A stretch of DNA of 32,000 nt from Mesoplasma florum L1. GTDB taxonomy: Bacteria > Bacillota_I > Bacilli_A > Mycoplasmatales > Mycoplasmataceae. The translations under genes and the position numbers were made by a program. The notes under the pieces were generated by a model, which saw nothing but the letters and a program-made list of their open reading frames with translations, made no database searches and was not told the DNA's origin. The stretch is from the NCBI RefSeq assembly GCF_000008305.1, contig NC_006055.1:300001-332000 (forward strand). The letters are read 5' to 3'. Positions 1-11,239 of the stretch are shown in pieces (position 1 is the stretch's first letter; the number at the start of each line of letters is the position of its first letter).

Positions 1-1808
1 TAAGTGATAAAACAGCTACTGAAATTGAAATGTTAATAAATAATCAATGAGATATGACAAAATCAATTTCAGAAAATGGCTTTGTTTATTATGATGCTCA
101 AACAAAAACTTTAACAATTCCTATAATGCCAAACAATCAAGCAAAAAATAAATATCATTTATCAAATAACAAGGTTTTACAAAATGAAAGTGTATTTGGA
201 AATCAATTAAAATTTAAATCAAAAAATGATAGTCAATTTTTAAGCTTGCCAAAACAAGCTTGAGTATATAATGATTCAGATTTCTTGAATTCTGATTACT
301 TTAAAACTAATTTAAATCAAAAAGATAGTGACTCAAATATTAAAAGTAATAGAACTGGTGTAATAAGCGATCAAAACTATTTAGATCCTGCTAATCTTGA
401 TAACAATAAATTTACTTATAAAATTCAATATACTGGTGAAAATGAAAATACATCATTAGATAATAATGCTTATATGTTTAATGATTTTGCTGTTGATAAC
501 AATGAGAATGGTGTAAGTTATGTTAGGCCATACTATCAATATGAAAATATTGAGTTATTTATTCCAGAAAACTTAATTGGTTCAGTTGATGAATGAGCTA
601 ATACAACAAACAATACACCTGATAAATCAAAATACTTTGAATCAGATATTAGTGGTGAAAATATACCAAAAGATGTTAAACATGCTTGAGAAAGTATGTA
701 CTCATCAGCAAAAGACTCAAAATATATTAAAATCAAACCTTATTCTTTAAGTTATAAAAGAACAGATTATAAAAACAAAGGTTTAGCAAACTTGTTAGAA
801 AAAGAATCTAATTATGTTTGATATGCAAGTGCCATGAGAAATAATTTATTTAAGCAAGAAAATGATTCTGTTAAGTATTTAAATTCAAACTTAAATATAG
901 ATTACAAAGTTGTTGGAACATTAAATTCTTACAACACAAGTATGATCTTAATGGATCAAAAGATGGCTAATATTCTTTCAAATTATTCTCTAGCAAAAAA
1001 ACAAGATGTTAAAAATAATGTTTTTGAAGATACTCCAAAAGTTAAAGCAGGACAAACTATAACAGATAATAATGGAAATAAAATTGTCAGTGAATTTGAT
1101 AGATATGAATTACATGATGATAACAAAGATATTTATTTAAATGATTGAACTAATATGTTATCTGAAGGTGCAGACTCAACACAATATACTCAATACATGT
1201 GAAGTAATACAAAATATTCAAATGTTGAAGAATCGATTGATTTAACAACTGGTATATGACAAAGTATTTCAGAAAACAATGGATTATTAATGTTAAGTCA
1301 AACACCAATTGGAAATATATCTGATGGATTTGTAACAAGCAGTATTATAAGTTCTAAACTTCTTTCAACTGAAAAAGAATTAATTAAACAAATAACAAGT
1401 CTAGCTATTGTTTTAGGTTCATTCTTTATTATAATTGTAATTATCACGGCATCGTTATTAATAATGTTAATCGGAGATATCTACATTGCTTCGCTACAAA
1501 GGTTTATGATATTAATGAAGTCATTCGGATATTCAAACTGAAAAACCCAGAAATATTCATTTGGTGTAGTTAGTGTATTAGCAATATTTGCATGATTTAT
1601 ATCAACATTATTAGCAACTGCAGCAATGTCTTCAGTTTCAATAATTCTAGCTTCATACGGACTTGCAATACCAATGGCACTAACTTGATGACCATTTATT
1701 GTTTCTGCAGTTATTATCGGATTATCTTTCTTTGGAAGTCTATCTGTTATAACTAGAAAAATAAGAAAAGGTGACCCTGCAGGATTATTAAGTGAAACTC
1801 ATGAATAA
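1..1808 (+). CDS. ABC transporter permease, FtsX/MacB-like, with large N/D/S-rich extracellular domain (5' partial)
   Basis: Track ORFs 54-263, 285-596, 834-1148 and 1290-1541 share one frame (codon starts at multiples of 3) and are separated only by TGA. The frame is open from the window edge to TAA at 1806-1808. The C-terminus has a cluster of TM helices (SLAIVLGSFFIIIVIITASLLIML..., VLAIFAWFISTLLATAAM..., WWPFIVSAVIIGLSFFGSL) typical of an FtsX permease domain. Confidence 0.6.
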
Positions 1809-1818
1809 AGGAGAAATT

Positions 1819-2364
1819 ATGAAAAAAGTAGCAATAATTTTACATAAAAATTTTGAAGAATCAGAAGCTATTGTAACAATTGATATACTAAGAAGATCTG
1901 AAATTATTGTAGATATATACAATATTGAAAATAAAGATTTTCAAGTAGGTTCTCATAATATAATTGTAAAAACAGAATATAATATTCAATCGCTGAATTC
2001 ACAAAATTATGATGGAATAGTTATACCTGGAGGACCAGGAGTAAATGAATTATTTGATAATGAAATTTTATTAAATTTAATAAAAGATTTTAATGATAAA
2101 AATAAAATGGTTAGTGCTATTTGCGCTGCACCACAAATTTTAGGTCTAGCTGGAATTATCGATGATATTAAAATAGTAAAATTCCCTACTTCTAATAAAT
2201 ACTTAGAAAAAGCTTTAGTTCAAGAAAAAGATAGTATTATAGACAAAAATATTGTTACTGGTTCAAGCATCGGAACAGTAGTTCCATTTGCCTTAAATAT
2301 AATAGAATATCTACAAGGAAAAGAACAAAAAGAAAAAATTAGACAACAACTTGTAATTATTTAA
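1819..2364 (+). CDS. DJ-1/PfpI (ThiJ) family protein
   Basis: ATG at 1819 sits 7 nt after the SD AAAGGAG. About 181 aa with a nucleophile-elbow motif AICAAPQILG and GGPG upstream. The ATG at 1792 overlaps the upstream gene and lacks an SD. Confidence 0.8.
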   Translation: MKKVAIILHKNFEESEAIVTIDILRRSEIIVDIYNIENKDFQVGSHNIIVKTEYNIQSLNSQNYDGIVIPGGPGVNELFDNEILLNLIKDFNDKNKMVSAICAAPQILGLAGIIDDIKIVKFPTSNKYLEKALVQEKDSIIDKNIVTGSSIGTVVPFALNIIEYLQGKEQKEKIRQQLVII

Positions 2365-2366
2365 CA

Positions 2367-2401
2367 AAATCACCTTACTAATACAGTGAGGTGATTTTTT
2401 T
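2367..2401 (+). terminator. Rho-independent terminator after the DJ-1 gene
   Basis: AAATCACCT (2367-2375) pairs with AGGTGATTT (2389-2397) around a 13-nt loop, followed by a T-run to 2401. Confidence 0.65.
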
Positions 2402-4217
2402 GAAGTTAGTAAAACAAACCTCGTATCAAGATTGTGGTGTTGCATGCATAGCAATGATGATTAATCATTTTTATAAGTATGAAATAGATTTGCAACAAGT
2501 TAAAAATTATCTATCAATCCATGATGATGAACTTAGTTTTTATGACGTGATTGATTTAGCTAGTAATTTTTATTTAAAAGGTGATGCTTTTAAAGTTGAG
2601 CAAGATTTTTTAGAATTAAAAAATAAAGTACCATTTTTAGCACAAGTGATAAATTCTGATGGATTATTACATTTTGTTATAGTAGAAAGTATTTTACAAA
2701 ATAATTTAATTGTTTTTGATCCAAGCAAAGAAAAAAAGATTAAGCAAAATATCTCTGAATTTTTGAAATGTTTTAATAGTAACGTAATAATTTTTAAATC
2801 TAACATCAAATCATTTAATAAAGACTTTAAATTTAATTTTAAAAAGTTTTTAAATATTTTTAATTTTGATTTTATTTTATACTTATTAATAAATTTAGTA
2901 TCAACACTATTGTTCATTTTAGATACACAATTTCTTAAGATGTTTTCTAATTCATTATCTGAACAGACTCAAGATTTTTTAATATATTTATTTCCATTAA
3001 TCATTTTATTGTTTAATATGCTTTTCAAAAATATATCGATTAATATTCTTAATAAGAATTATAAAAAAAGAAAACATTTTTTATTAAAAAAATTCTTAAA
3101 CTTAATTGAATCTACAAATTCAGAAGATTTATTTTATTTATATCAAGAAATAAAATGAGTATGTCAATATGAAAACTACAGTTTGAAAAGCAGCATTTCA
3201 TCGTTTATTTCTGAAGTAGTAAGTTTATTCTTTATTTATTTTATTATTAAAGAATTATTTTTAATAATACTTATAGCTGATGTTATTTATATATTGATTA
3301 ATACTTTTATAAATAATTTTGTTAAAAAAGATAGTTTTAATCAAGATAAAGAATGATTTACATTTTTAAGTAATATTGAACATGTAAAAAATATTTGTGC
3401 TGAATATGATATGTTAACAGAACTTTTAAAATTAGAAGAAAAAGATAAGTTGGCAAGTTCAACGTTAAATTGAATTGAACTTTGAGATAAAGTTGGCTTA
3501 ATATTAATTTATATAGTTAGTTGATCATTATTAAAAAATGGTAATTTAGAATTTTCACTTTTCTTTATAATTTTATTGTTTAAAAATTTTAGTAGAATTA
3601 ATATTTTTAATTTAGGTCAAACTTTAATATGAATAAAAAAGTATAAGATATCAATTATAAAATTTGAAAAAATTTTTATTGAAAAAAATGAAGTTAATTT
3701 TAATGAAGAAATAAGCAATATTCTAATTTCAAATAAACAACAAAAATTAGAATTAAATAAAGGGTTAAACATAATAAATTTTAAAATTGATTTAGGTAAT
3801 GTAAATAAAACTAAAAATGATATAGAAGTTGATGTCTACATAAATAACAAGAACATTAGCATTTTAAAAACATCTGATTTACGTAAACAAATTTATTATT
3901 CAAAAAATTTTCAAATCAAATTTGGAACTATTTTTCAAAACATAACATCATCAAACATAAATAGTATAAATATTTTTAATATTAAGGAAATTAATGAACT
4001 TTTAAATAAATACTCAATCAAAATAACAAAACTAGTAAAACCAGAAACTAATAGTCAAATTGAAAAAGAGATAATTAAGCTATTGAATGTGTTTTACATT
4101 AACAAAAAAGTAATATTAATTAAAAATGATTTTCAAATATTAACTTTTGATGAAATAAAGTCAATTTTAACTATCTTTACTGAATTAAGTGATGATAAAT
4201 TTTTGATTTTGTCTTAA
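2391..4217 (+). CDS. Peptidase C39 domain-containing ABC-transporter-like protein (PCAT architecture) with degenerate nucleotide-binding domain
   Basis: ORF 2391-3158 continues in frame through 7 TGA codons to TAA at 4215-4217 (608 aa). N-terminus: Q9-x5-C15 (VKQTSYQDCGVAC), H94 (LLHFVIV) and D110 (VFDP) form a C39 catalytic set. About 6 TM helices follow. The C-terminal ~190 aa align by eye to an ABC ATPase (LRKQIYYSKNFQIKFGTIFQNI), but Walker A, Q-loop, LSGGQ, Walker B and H-loop are all lost. The start is GTG 2391 or TTG 2400. Confidence 0.7.
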
Positions 4218-4248
4218 AATTAATATATTAAAGTAAAAAGGGATAAGA

Positions 4249-4758
4249 ATGATAAGTATTGATTTTATAAATGAAACTGATTTAAAAGTAAAAGAATGAG
4301 AAGATTTAGCAAAACAAATAATTAATTCAGGTTTTAAATATCTGAAATTAAAAAATAAAATAAATCTATCTATTACTTTTTTAGATAGTGAACCAGCTCA
4401 AAAAATAAATCAAGAATATAGAAATCATTCTTATATACCTGATGTAACATCATTTCCAATAGAAATGTCTCCACAAGAAATAAAAGCTTTAGGATATCAA
4501 GAAATAGGAGATATCTTTATCTGTATTGAAGAAGCAGAAAGAAAAAGCATTAAATATGATCATTCTTTGAAAGAAGAAATGGGATTTTTATTTACACATG
4601 GTTTTTTACACTTAATGGGTTATGATCATGAAACAAATGAAAAAGATGAAGAAGAAATGTTTTTCATTCAAGATGAAATACTTAAAATAAATAAAATAAA
4701 TTACACAATAAAATTCACAGAAGAAGATTATAAAGAAATAGAGGAAAAAGATGAATAA
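4249..4758 (+). CDS. ybeY: rRNA maturation endoribonuclease YbeY
   Basis: ATG at 4249 follows the SD AAAGGGA. One in-frame TGA joins it to ORF 4465-4758. Zinc motif HGFLHLMGYDHE is present. 169 aa. Confidence 0.9.
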
Positions 4759-5656
4759 AATTAAATCGGGATTTATATCTATAGTTGGTAGACCAAACGT
4801 TGGTAAATCAACTTTATTAAATAAAATAATAGGGCATAAAATTTCAATTGTTACAAATAAAGCTCAAACAACAAGAAATAATATAAGAGGTATTTTGACA
4901 GAAAAAGAATATCAATTGATATTTGTAGATACACCAGGAATACACACTTCAAAAAATCAAATTGATAGATTTATGAATTCTAGTGCTATGAGAAGTATGA
5001 AAGAAGTTGATGTTGTTGTATTTATGGCACCAGCTGATGAAACAATAGGAAAAAATGATTTATTTATATTAAATGAATTATCAAAAAAGAATGACATTAA
5101 AAAGATACTTGTAATTTCAAAAGCTGACGTTGTTAGCAAAGAAAAATTATTTTTAAAAGCTACTGAATGAAATACATATGAACAAATTTTTGATGAAATT
5201 ATTATTACTTCGTCAACTGAAAATATTAATATTGATAAATTAATAGAAACAATTGTTGGTTTCTTGCCTGAAACAGGTCATTACTTTTATGATGAAGAAT
5301 CTATTACAGATCAACCTAATCGTTTTGCAATAAGAGAAATAATAAGAGAAAGCGTACTTTTAAAAGCTGGACAAGAAGTTCCTCATTCAGTTGCTATACT
5401 TGTAGATGAACTTGAAGAAACAGAAGATGAAATTAATATTGTTGCATCTATTATAGTTGAAAGAAAATCTCAAAAAGGAATTATTATCGGTCATCAAGGT
5501 AAAAAAATAAGCGATATTAAATATAAATCAAGAAAACAAATAAGAGAACTTTTTGAAAAAGATGTTAATCTAGAATTATTTGTAAAAGTCCAAGAGAATT
5601 GAAGAAACTCTGCAAGTTTAATTAAAAAGATGGGATACGACAAGGATAAATACTAA
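4751..5656 (+). CDS. era: GTPase Era
   Basis: ORFs 4751-5170 and 5264-5602 share a frame and are joined through TGA codons; TAA is at 5654-5656. G1 GRPNVGKSTLLN, G3 DTPG, G4 SKAD, and a C-terminal KH domain (GHQGKKISDI). The gene overlaps ybeY by 8 nt. Confidence 0.92.
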
Positions 5657-6459
5657 TGAGTGAAGTAAAAATCAGAGGAATAGTTTTAGATTCTTTAAAT
5701 TATGAAGAAAATGACAAAATTATTACAGTTTATTCTGATGAATTTGGGAAACTAAGTTTTATTGCTCTAGGTGCTAATAAAGCATCAAGCAAAAATAATT
5801 ACTCACTTAATGTATTTTCTGAATCTGATTTTGAAATATTTAAATCAAGAAAAACACAATCAATTTCAAAATTAAAAACTGGAATATTAGTAAGAAATAA
5901 TTTTAAAATTGCAAAATCATATAATAATTATTTATTTGCAAGCATTATAAGTTCAGTTATTTTACAAGAAGAACTTTTTTATAACAAAGATTTTAAATTA
6001 TTTGATATGTTAAGAGAAGCTATAAGAAATATTAATGATGAGGTAAACCCTTTTTCAAATATGGTTTGATTTCTTTTTTACTCATTAAAAAATTTTGGTG
6101 GATACTGAGAATTAAATAAATGTTATCGTTGTAACAAAGCAAGTAAGATTTATAGAAAATTTGATCTTCAACATTATGGTTTAGTTTGTCCTAATTGTAT
6201 TAATGAAAATGAAGAAGAACATGATTATGAATTTATTAAATATTTACAAAGAATGGATAATAACACTTTTTTCACTATTCAAAAATTTCCTATAAACGTT
6301 TCTTTTGAAATAATAATTTCTAAATTACTTTTTAGCTATTATCTTAACGAAATAGGAATATATTCATACCCGATGAATGAAATTTTAAAGAAAGAAGTTT
6401 ACAAAGATGACACCTTTTGAGAGTACACTCATAAAGTGTTGACAAAAAATAGTATTTAA
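5656..6459 (+). CDS. recO: DNA repair protein RecO
   Basis: The ATG overlaps the era stop (TAATG). ORF 5656-6069 extends through TGA codons to TAA at 6457-6459. N-terminal OB-like region, then a zinc finger CYRCNK...CPNC. 267 aa. Confidence 0.85.
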
Positions 6460-6492
6460 AGGTAAAATCATTTATAATTGAAATAGTTTTAT

Positions 6493-6517
6493 GTCAGCCA
6501 AATGCTGACTTTTGTTA
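6493..6517 (+). terminator. Rho-independent terminator downstream of recO
   Basis: GTCAGC (6493-6498), loop CAAAT, GCTGAC (6504-6509), then TTTTGTTATTTT. Confidence 0.6.
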
Positions 6518-6550
6518 TTTTATATACAAGACTATTAAGGAGAAAAAAAT

Positions 6551-7906
6551 ATGGAAAAATTAATTGCCCATTTAAAATCTCAAGGTTTTATTTTTCAAGG
6601 TTCAGAAATTTATGGTGGACTAGCTAATTCTTGAGATTATGGACCATTGGGTGTAGAAGTTAAAAATAAATTAAAGCAAGCTTGATGAAATCATTTTGTT
6701 AGAAAAAACCCTTACAATATTGGTTTAGATAGTTCAATCATTTTGAACTCAAGTGTTTGAAAAGCTAGTGGTCATATAGATGGATTTAACGATCCATTAA
6801 TTGATTGCAAAAAATGTAACAGTAGATGAAGAGCAGATAAATTAATTGAAGAATTTAATTCTGAAATTAATGCTGGAGTTATGACAGAAAATCAAATGGA
6901 AGAGTTTATTAGAGAACAAAACATAAAGTGTCCAAAATGTCAGGCATGTGATTTTACACAAATAAGAAAATTTGCACTAATGTTTAAAACTAATCAAGGA
7001 GTTCTTGAAGATGAATCTTCTTCTGTATATTTAAGACCTGAAACAGCGCAAGGTATTTTTATAAACTTTAAAAATGCTCAAAGATCATTGAGAAAAAAAT
7101 TACCTTTTGGTATTGGTCAAATTGGTAAATCTTTCAGAAATGAAATTACACCAGGTAACTTTATTTTTAGAACACGTGAATTTGAACAAATGGAATTAGA
7201 ATTCTTTTTTAATCCATCTGATGAAAAAGATTGATTCTCATACTGATTAAATGAAGTTGAAACATTCTTACAAGATAAAATTCAAATTAATAAAGAAAAT
7301 TACAGAGTTAGAAGTCATGAAAAAGATGAATTAGCACATTACTCAACAGCAACTAGTGATATTGAATTTAAATTCCCATTTGGTTGAGGAGAGTTATGAG
7401 GAGTTGCACATAGAGGTAATTTTGACTTAAATGCTCATCAAGAAGCATCTAAGCAAGATTTAACTTATTTAGATCCAACTACTAATCAAAAAGTTTTACC
7501 ACATGTAATTGAACCAAGTGTTGGTGTTGAAAGAATGATGTTAGCTATTTTATGACAAGCATATCATGAAGAAGATTTAGGTGAAGGGAATTCACGTATA
7601 GTTATGAAATTACCATATAACCTAGCTCCGTATCAAATTGCTGTTATGCCTTTACAAAAACAACAAAATGATCAAGCACAAGCTCTATATTCAAATCTTT
7701 TAAATAATTTTGATGTTACTTATGATGAAACAGGAAATGTTGGTAAAAGATATAGAAGACAAGATGCAATTGGAACACCATTTGTGATAACAGTTGACTT
7801 TGACACACCAGAAACAAATTCAGTTACAGTAAGAGAAAGAGACTCAATGGAACAAGTACGTATTAATTTAGATGAACTTGAAGCATATTTAAAAGCAAAA
7901 TTTTAA
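6551..7906 (+). CDS. glyQS: Glycine--tRNA ligase (alpha2 type)
   Basis: ATG at 6551 follows the SD AAGGAG. The frame joins ORFs 6881-7234 and 7604-7906 through TGA codons. N-terminus [18 protein letters not shown], class II motifs ([25 protein letters not shown]) and an anticodon-binding C-terminus. 451 aa. Confidence 0.93.
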
Positions 7907-7934
7907 TTTTTAATTTTGAAAGGAAGTGATACTC

Positions 7935-9806
7935 ATGTTAATACCAAAAGAAGTTATTGATGATATTATTGAAAAATCAGACATAGTTTCAATTGTAAGC
8001 GAAAGAGTAGCGCTTTCAAAAAAAGGTAGAAACTTTTGAGGGTTATGTCCATTTCATCAAGACCAAAATGCTTCAATGTCTGTTTCACCAGAAAAAAAAT
8101 TTTTCAAATGTTTTTCTTGTCAAGTTTCTGGTACAGTTTTAGACTTTGTTAAAGACTTTGATAATATAAGTTTTCAAGAAGCTATAAAAAAATTAGCAGT
8201 TATATTAAACTATGATTTGTCTAAGTTTGAAAATGAAAATCCAGTTAAACAAAATAAAAATACAATTATTTATAAACTTAATGAAGAATCTTTAGCATTT
8301 TTTAAATTAAACTTAAGATCTAATGAAGCAAAGCATGCTGTCAAATACCTTCATTCAAGAGACATAACAAATGAAGATATTGCATTTTTTGAAATAGGAT
8401 TCTTACCAAAGAATAATAGTTTAGTTGAACACTTAATAAGCAAAGGATACAACATATCAGATATTGTTGAAGCTGGATTGGGGACTTATAACGAAGAACG
8501 CCAAAAAATGTATGATATTTTTACTGATAGAATAATGTTTCCAATAAGAAATGAAAATAAAGAATTAATTGGTTTTAGTGGAAGAATTATTGAAACAAAT
8601 TCTGAAAAACCAAAATATTTAAATACAAAAGAAACACCAGTATTTTCAAAAAGAAAAATAGCTTACAACTTTAGTGAGGCTATTAAATCAGCGCGAGTTA
8701 AAAAAGAATTAATTGTTTTAGAAGGATACATGGATGTTATCAGTTTGCATAAAAATGGAATAGATAATACAATCGCTTTAATGGGAACCGCTCTTTCACA
8801 ATATCATGTTAGTATTTTCAAAAATATTAAAGGAACTATAAAAATGTTCTTGGATGGTGATGAGCCTGGTATAAAGGGTAATATAGAGGCTTCCCAAACA
8901 TTAATTTTAAATAATCAAAAGGTACTGGTAGTTAATAACCCTACAAATAACGATCCAGATGAATTAATAAAACAAGGTAAAAAAGCTGAAATTGAAAAAA
9001 TGATTTCTGAAGCTTTAAATCCTTTGGAATACATTATTTCAAAACGTTGACCAAAAGTTAATTCAAAAGATTTTAATTCTGTTGAAGAATTCATGAAAGA
9101 AATATGTTCATTTGTATTAAAGTGTAACAACAATATACTTTATGAAACTTCAATTGATGAACTTGAAAAAATAACAGGTCTTTCAAAAGAAGCAATTATT
9201 AATTTTTATAAAAAAATATTAAATAAACAAATCAATAGTATTTCTAATAATAAGGTTGAAGAAGTTAAAACAAGTTCTGAAAAACAAGCAGTTAATAATA
9301 AAAATACGAGTTTTAATATTTTGTCTTCTTTGAAAGCTTATGAATTGGCAGAAAAAACTATTTTATTTGATTTAATAAAATCTAATAAAAACTTAGAATT
9401 GATAAAAGATAAAATTAGAGAAGTAAAATTCCCACATAAAGAATTTGGAAGATTAATTTTAAAAATAATTAATTCTTATGAAGAGAACATGAATTACAAT
9501 GAGACTGAAATAAAAGAAATAATTAATCAAAACTTTTCTCAAGAAACACTTGAAGAAATAAACTTGTATGAATCTGATCCTTTAATGGTAAGAATAAAAC
9601 CTGAAGCAAATACAGCTAAGTTAATTGAAAATTCATTTGAAAAATTAAAAATGTATTCTAATGAGAAAAAAATAGCAGAAATTAATGAAATGTTAAATTC
9701 AAATAATTTGAGTAAAAACGATCGAGATAATTTAATGGACATTTTATCTGAAAGAATTAAAAAAAGAGAAGAATGACTAGGAAATTTTAACGATAAGAAC
9801 AACTAA
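7935..9806 (+). CDS. dnaG: DNA primase DnaG
   Basis: ATG at 7935 follows the SD AAAGGAAGTGA. ORFs 8076-9050 and 9093-9776 share its frame and are joined by TGA codons; TAA is at 9804-9806. CHC2 zinc finger ([13 protein letters not shown]...FKCFSC) and TOPRIM motifs (EGYMDV, DGDEPG). 623 aa. Confidence 0.9.
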
Positions 9807-9822
9807 TGAAAGAGGTAACTAT

Positions 9823-11238
9823 ATGAAAAAATATATGGATAAAAAAGAAATAGCAAAAATTAAAACAATTGAAGATTTTTATGAAGCAACAGTAGAATTT
9901 GCAAAACAAAATAATAATGAAATAACATCTGAAGAAGTTCAAATGAGTTTTAGTAAAATATTTGCAAATGCAACTGATAATGAATATGAAAAATTATTAG
10001 AAGATTTACAAGCAAAAGGAATTCAATTCACAGATTTAGAAGATATTGACATTGATGAAGAAATAGATCTTGATGAAGAAGTTGATGAAGATGCTGAAAT
10101 AAGTGATGATGATGCTTATGCTGATGAATTAATTGGAGAAAGAAAAGGTCCAGGTAGAAGACCAAAAGATGCTGGTACAACTAAATATAGAGTTGGATCA
10201 ATTTCAAATGAAACTAAAATTCAAGATTTAATTAAAACATACTTTTCAACTATTGGACAAACTAAAATTTTAACTAAAGATCAAGAAATTGTTTACGCTA
10301 AATTAGCTAATTCAGAAGATCCAGAAGAAAGAAAAGAAGGAAGAGATATGTTAATCACTTCTAACTTAAAATTAGTTATTTCAGTTGCTAGAAAACACTT
10401 AAATAGAGGTTTAGATTTTGCAGATTTAATTGAAGAAGGAAATATTGGTTTAATTAAAGCTGTTGATAAATTTGATTATGAAAAAGGGTTTAAGTTTTCA
10501 ACATATGCAACATGATGAATTCGTCAAGCTATAACAAGAGCTATTGCTGATCAAGCTAGAACAATTAGAATACCAGTTCATATGGTTGAAACAATTAATA
10601 AACTTTCTAGAATTGAAAGACAATTAACTCAAGAACTAGGAAGAGAACCATCATCAAAAGAAGTTGCAGAAAGAATGGGTGGAGACATGACAGCTGAAAA
10701 AGTTGTTGAAATTAAAAAAATTGCTGTTGAACCTGTTAGTTTAGAAAAACCATTTGGTGATGAAGATGACACTCATTTTGGAGATTTCGTTGAAGATAAA
10801 GATATGATTTCTCCAACAGACTTTACTGAAAAAGAAATTTTAAGAGAAGTTATAGACAAAGTATTTGAAGATATGCCAGCAAGAGAAGAAAAAGTTATTC
10901 GTATGAGATACGGGATTGTTCCAACAAAAGTTAGAACATTGATTAGACTTGCTGAAGAATGTAATGATGAAACTGCTGGAGAATTAGCTAAAGCAATTAA
11001 TAAACTAGATATTCACTTAGAGACTCCTGTTGAAAAAATAAGAACAGTTGATAGTAAAATAATTCAAGACCATTTATTAAAATATGAAGCATCAAAAACT
11101 TTAGAAGAAGTTGGTAAAGAATTAAATGTTACAAGAGAAAGAATTAGACAAATTGAAGCTAAAACAATTAGAAAATTAAAACAACCTGCAAATGCTAATA
11201 AATCAGGTAAAGTTTTAAAAGAATTTTACAAAGGTTAA
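9823..11238 (+). CDS. rpoD: RNA polymerase primary sigma factor (sigma-70/SigA) carrying an insertion in region 4
   Basis: ORFs 9823-10515 and 10582-11238 share a frame and are joined by tandem TGA-TGA encoding the WW of YATWWIRQA. Acidic region 1.1; regions 2, 3 and 4 are recognisable ([17 protein letters not shown]). 471 aa. Confidence 0.93.
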
Positions 11239-11239
11239 T

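Noticed and set aside
1792-1818. The longer N-terminus of the DJ-1 ORF (MKLMNKGEI...).
   Set aside because: It overlaps the end of the permease gene. The AAAGGAG SD lies inside this extension, correctly spaced for ATG 1819.
3770-3800. The 'GNVNKT' segment in the C39/ABC-like protein, considered as a functional Walker A.
   Set aside because: It does not satisfy GxxxxGK[ST]: Asn replaces the Gly before Lys, and there is no Gly at the -6 position. The Walker B, signature and H-loop are also missing, so ATP binding is unlikely.
6460-6550. A T-box riboswitch upstream of glyQS, as found in many Firmicutes.
   Set aside because: The intergenic region is only about 90 nt. It contains no T-box consensus (no GGTGGTACCGCG-like sequence) and no specifier-loop architecture, only a simple hairpin and T-run.
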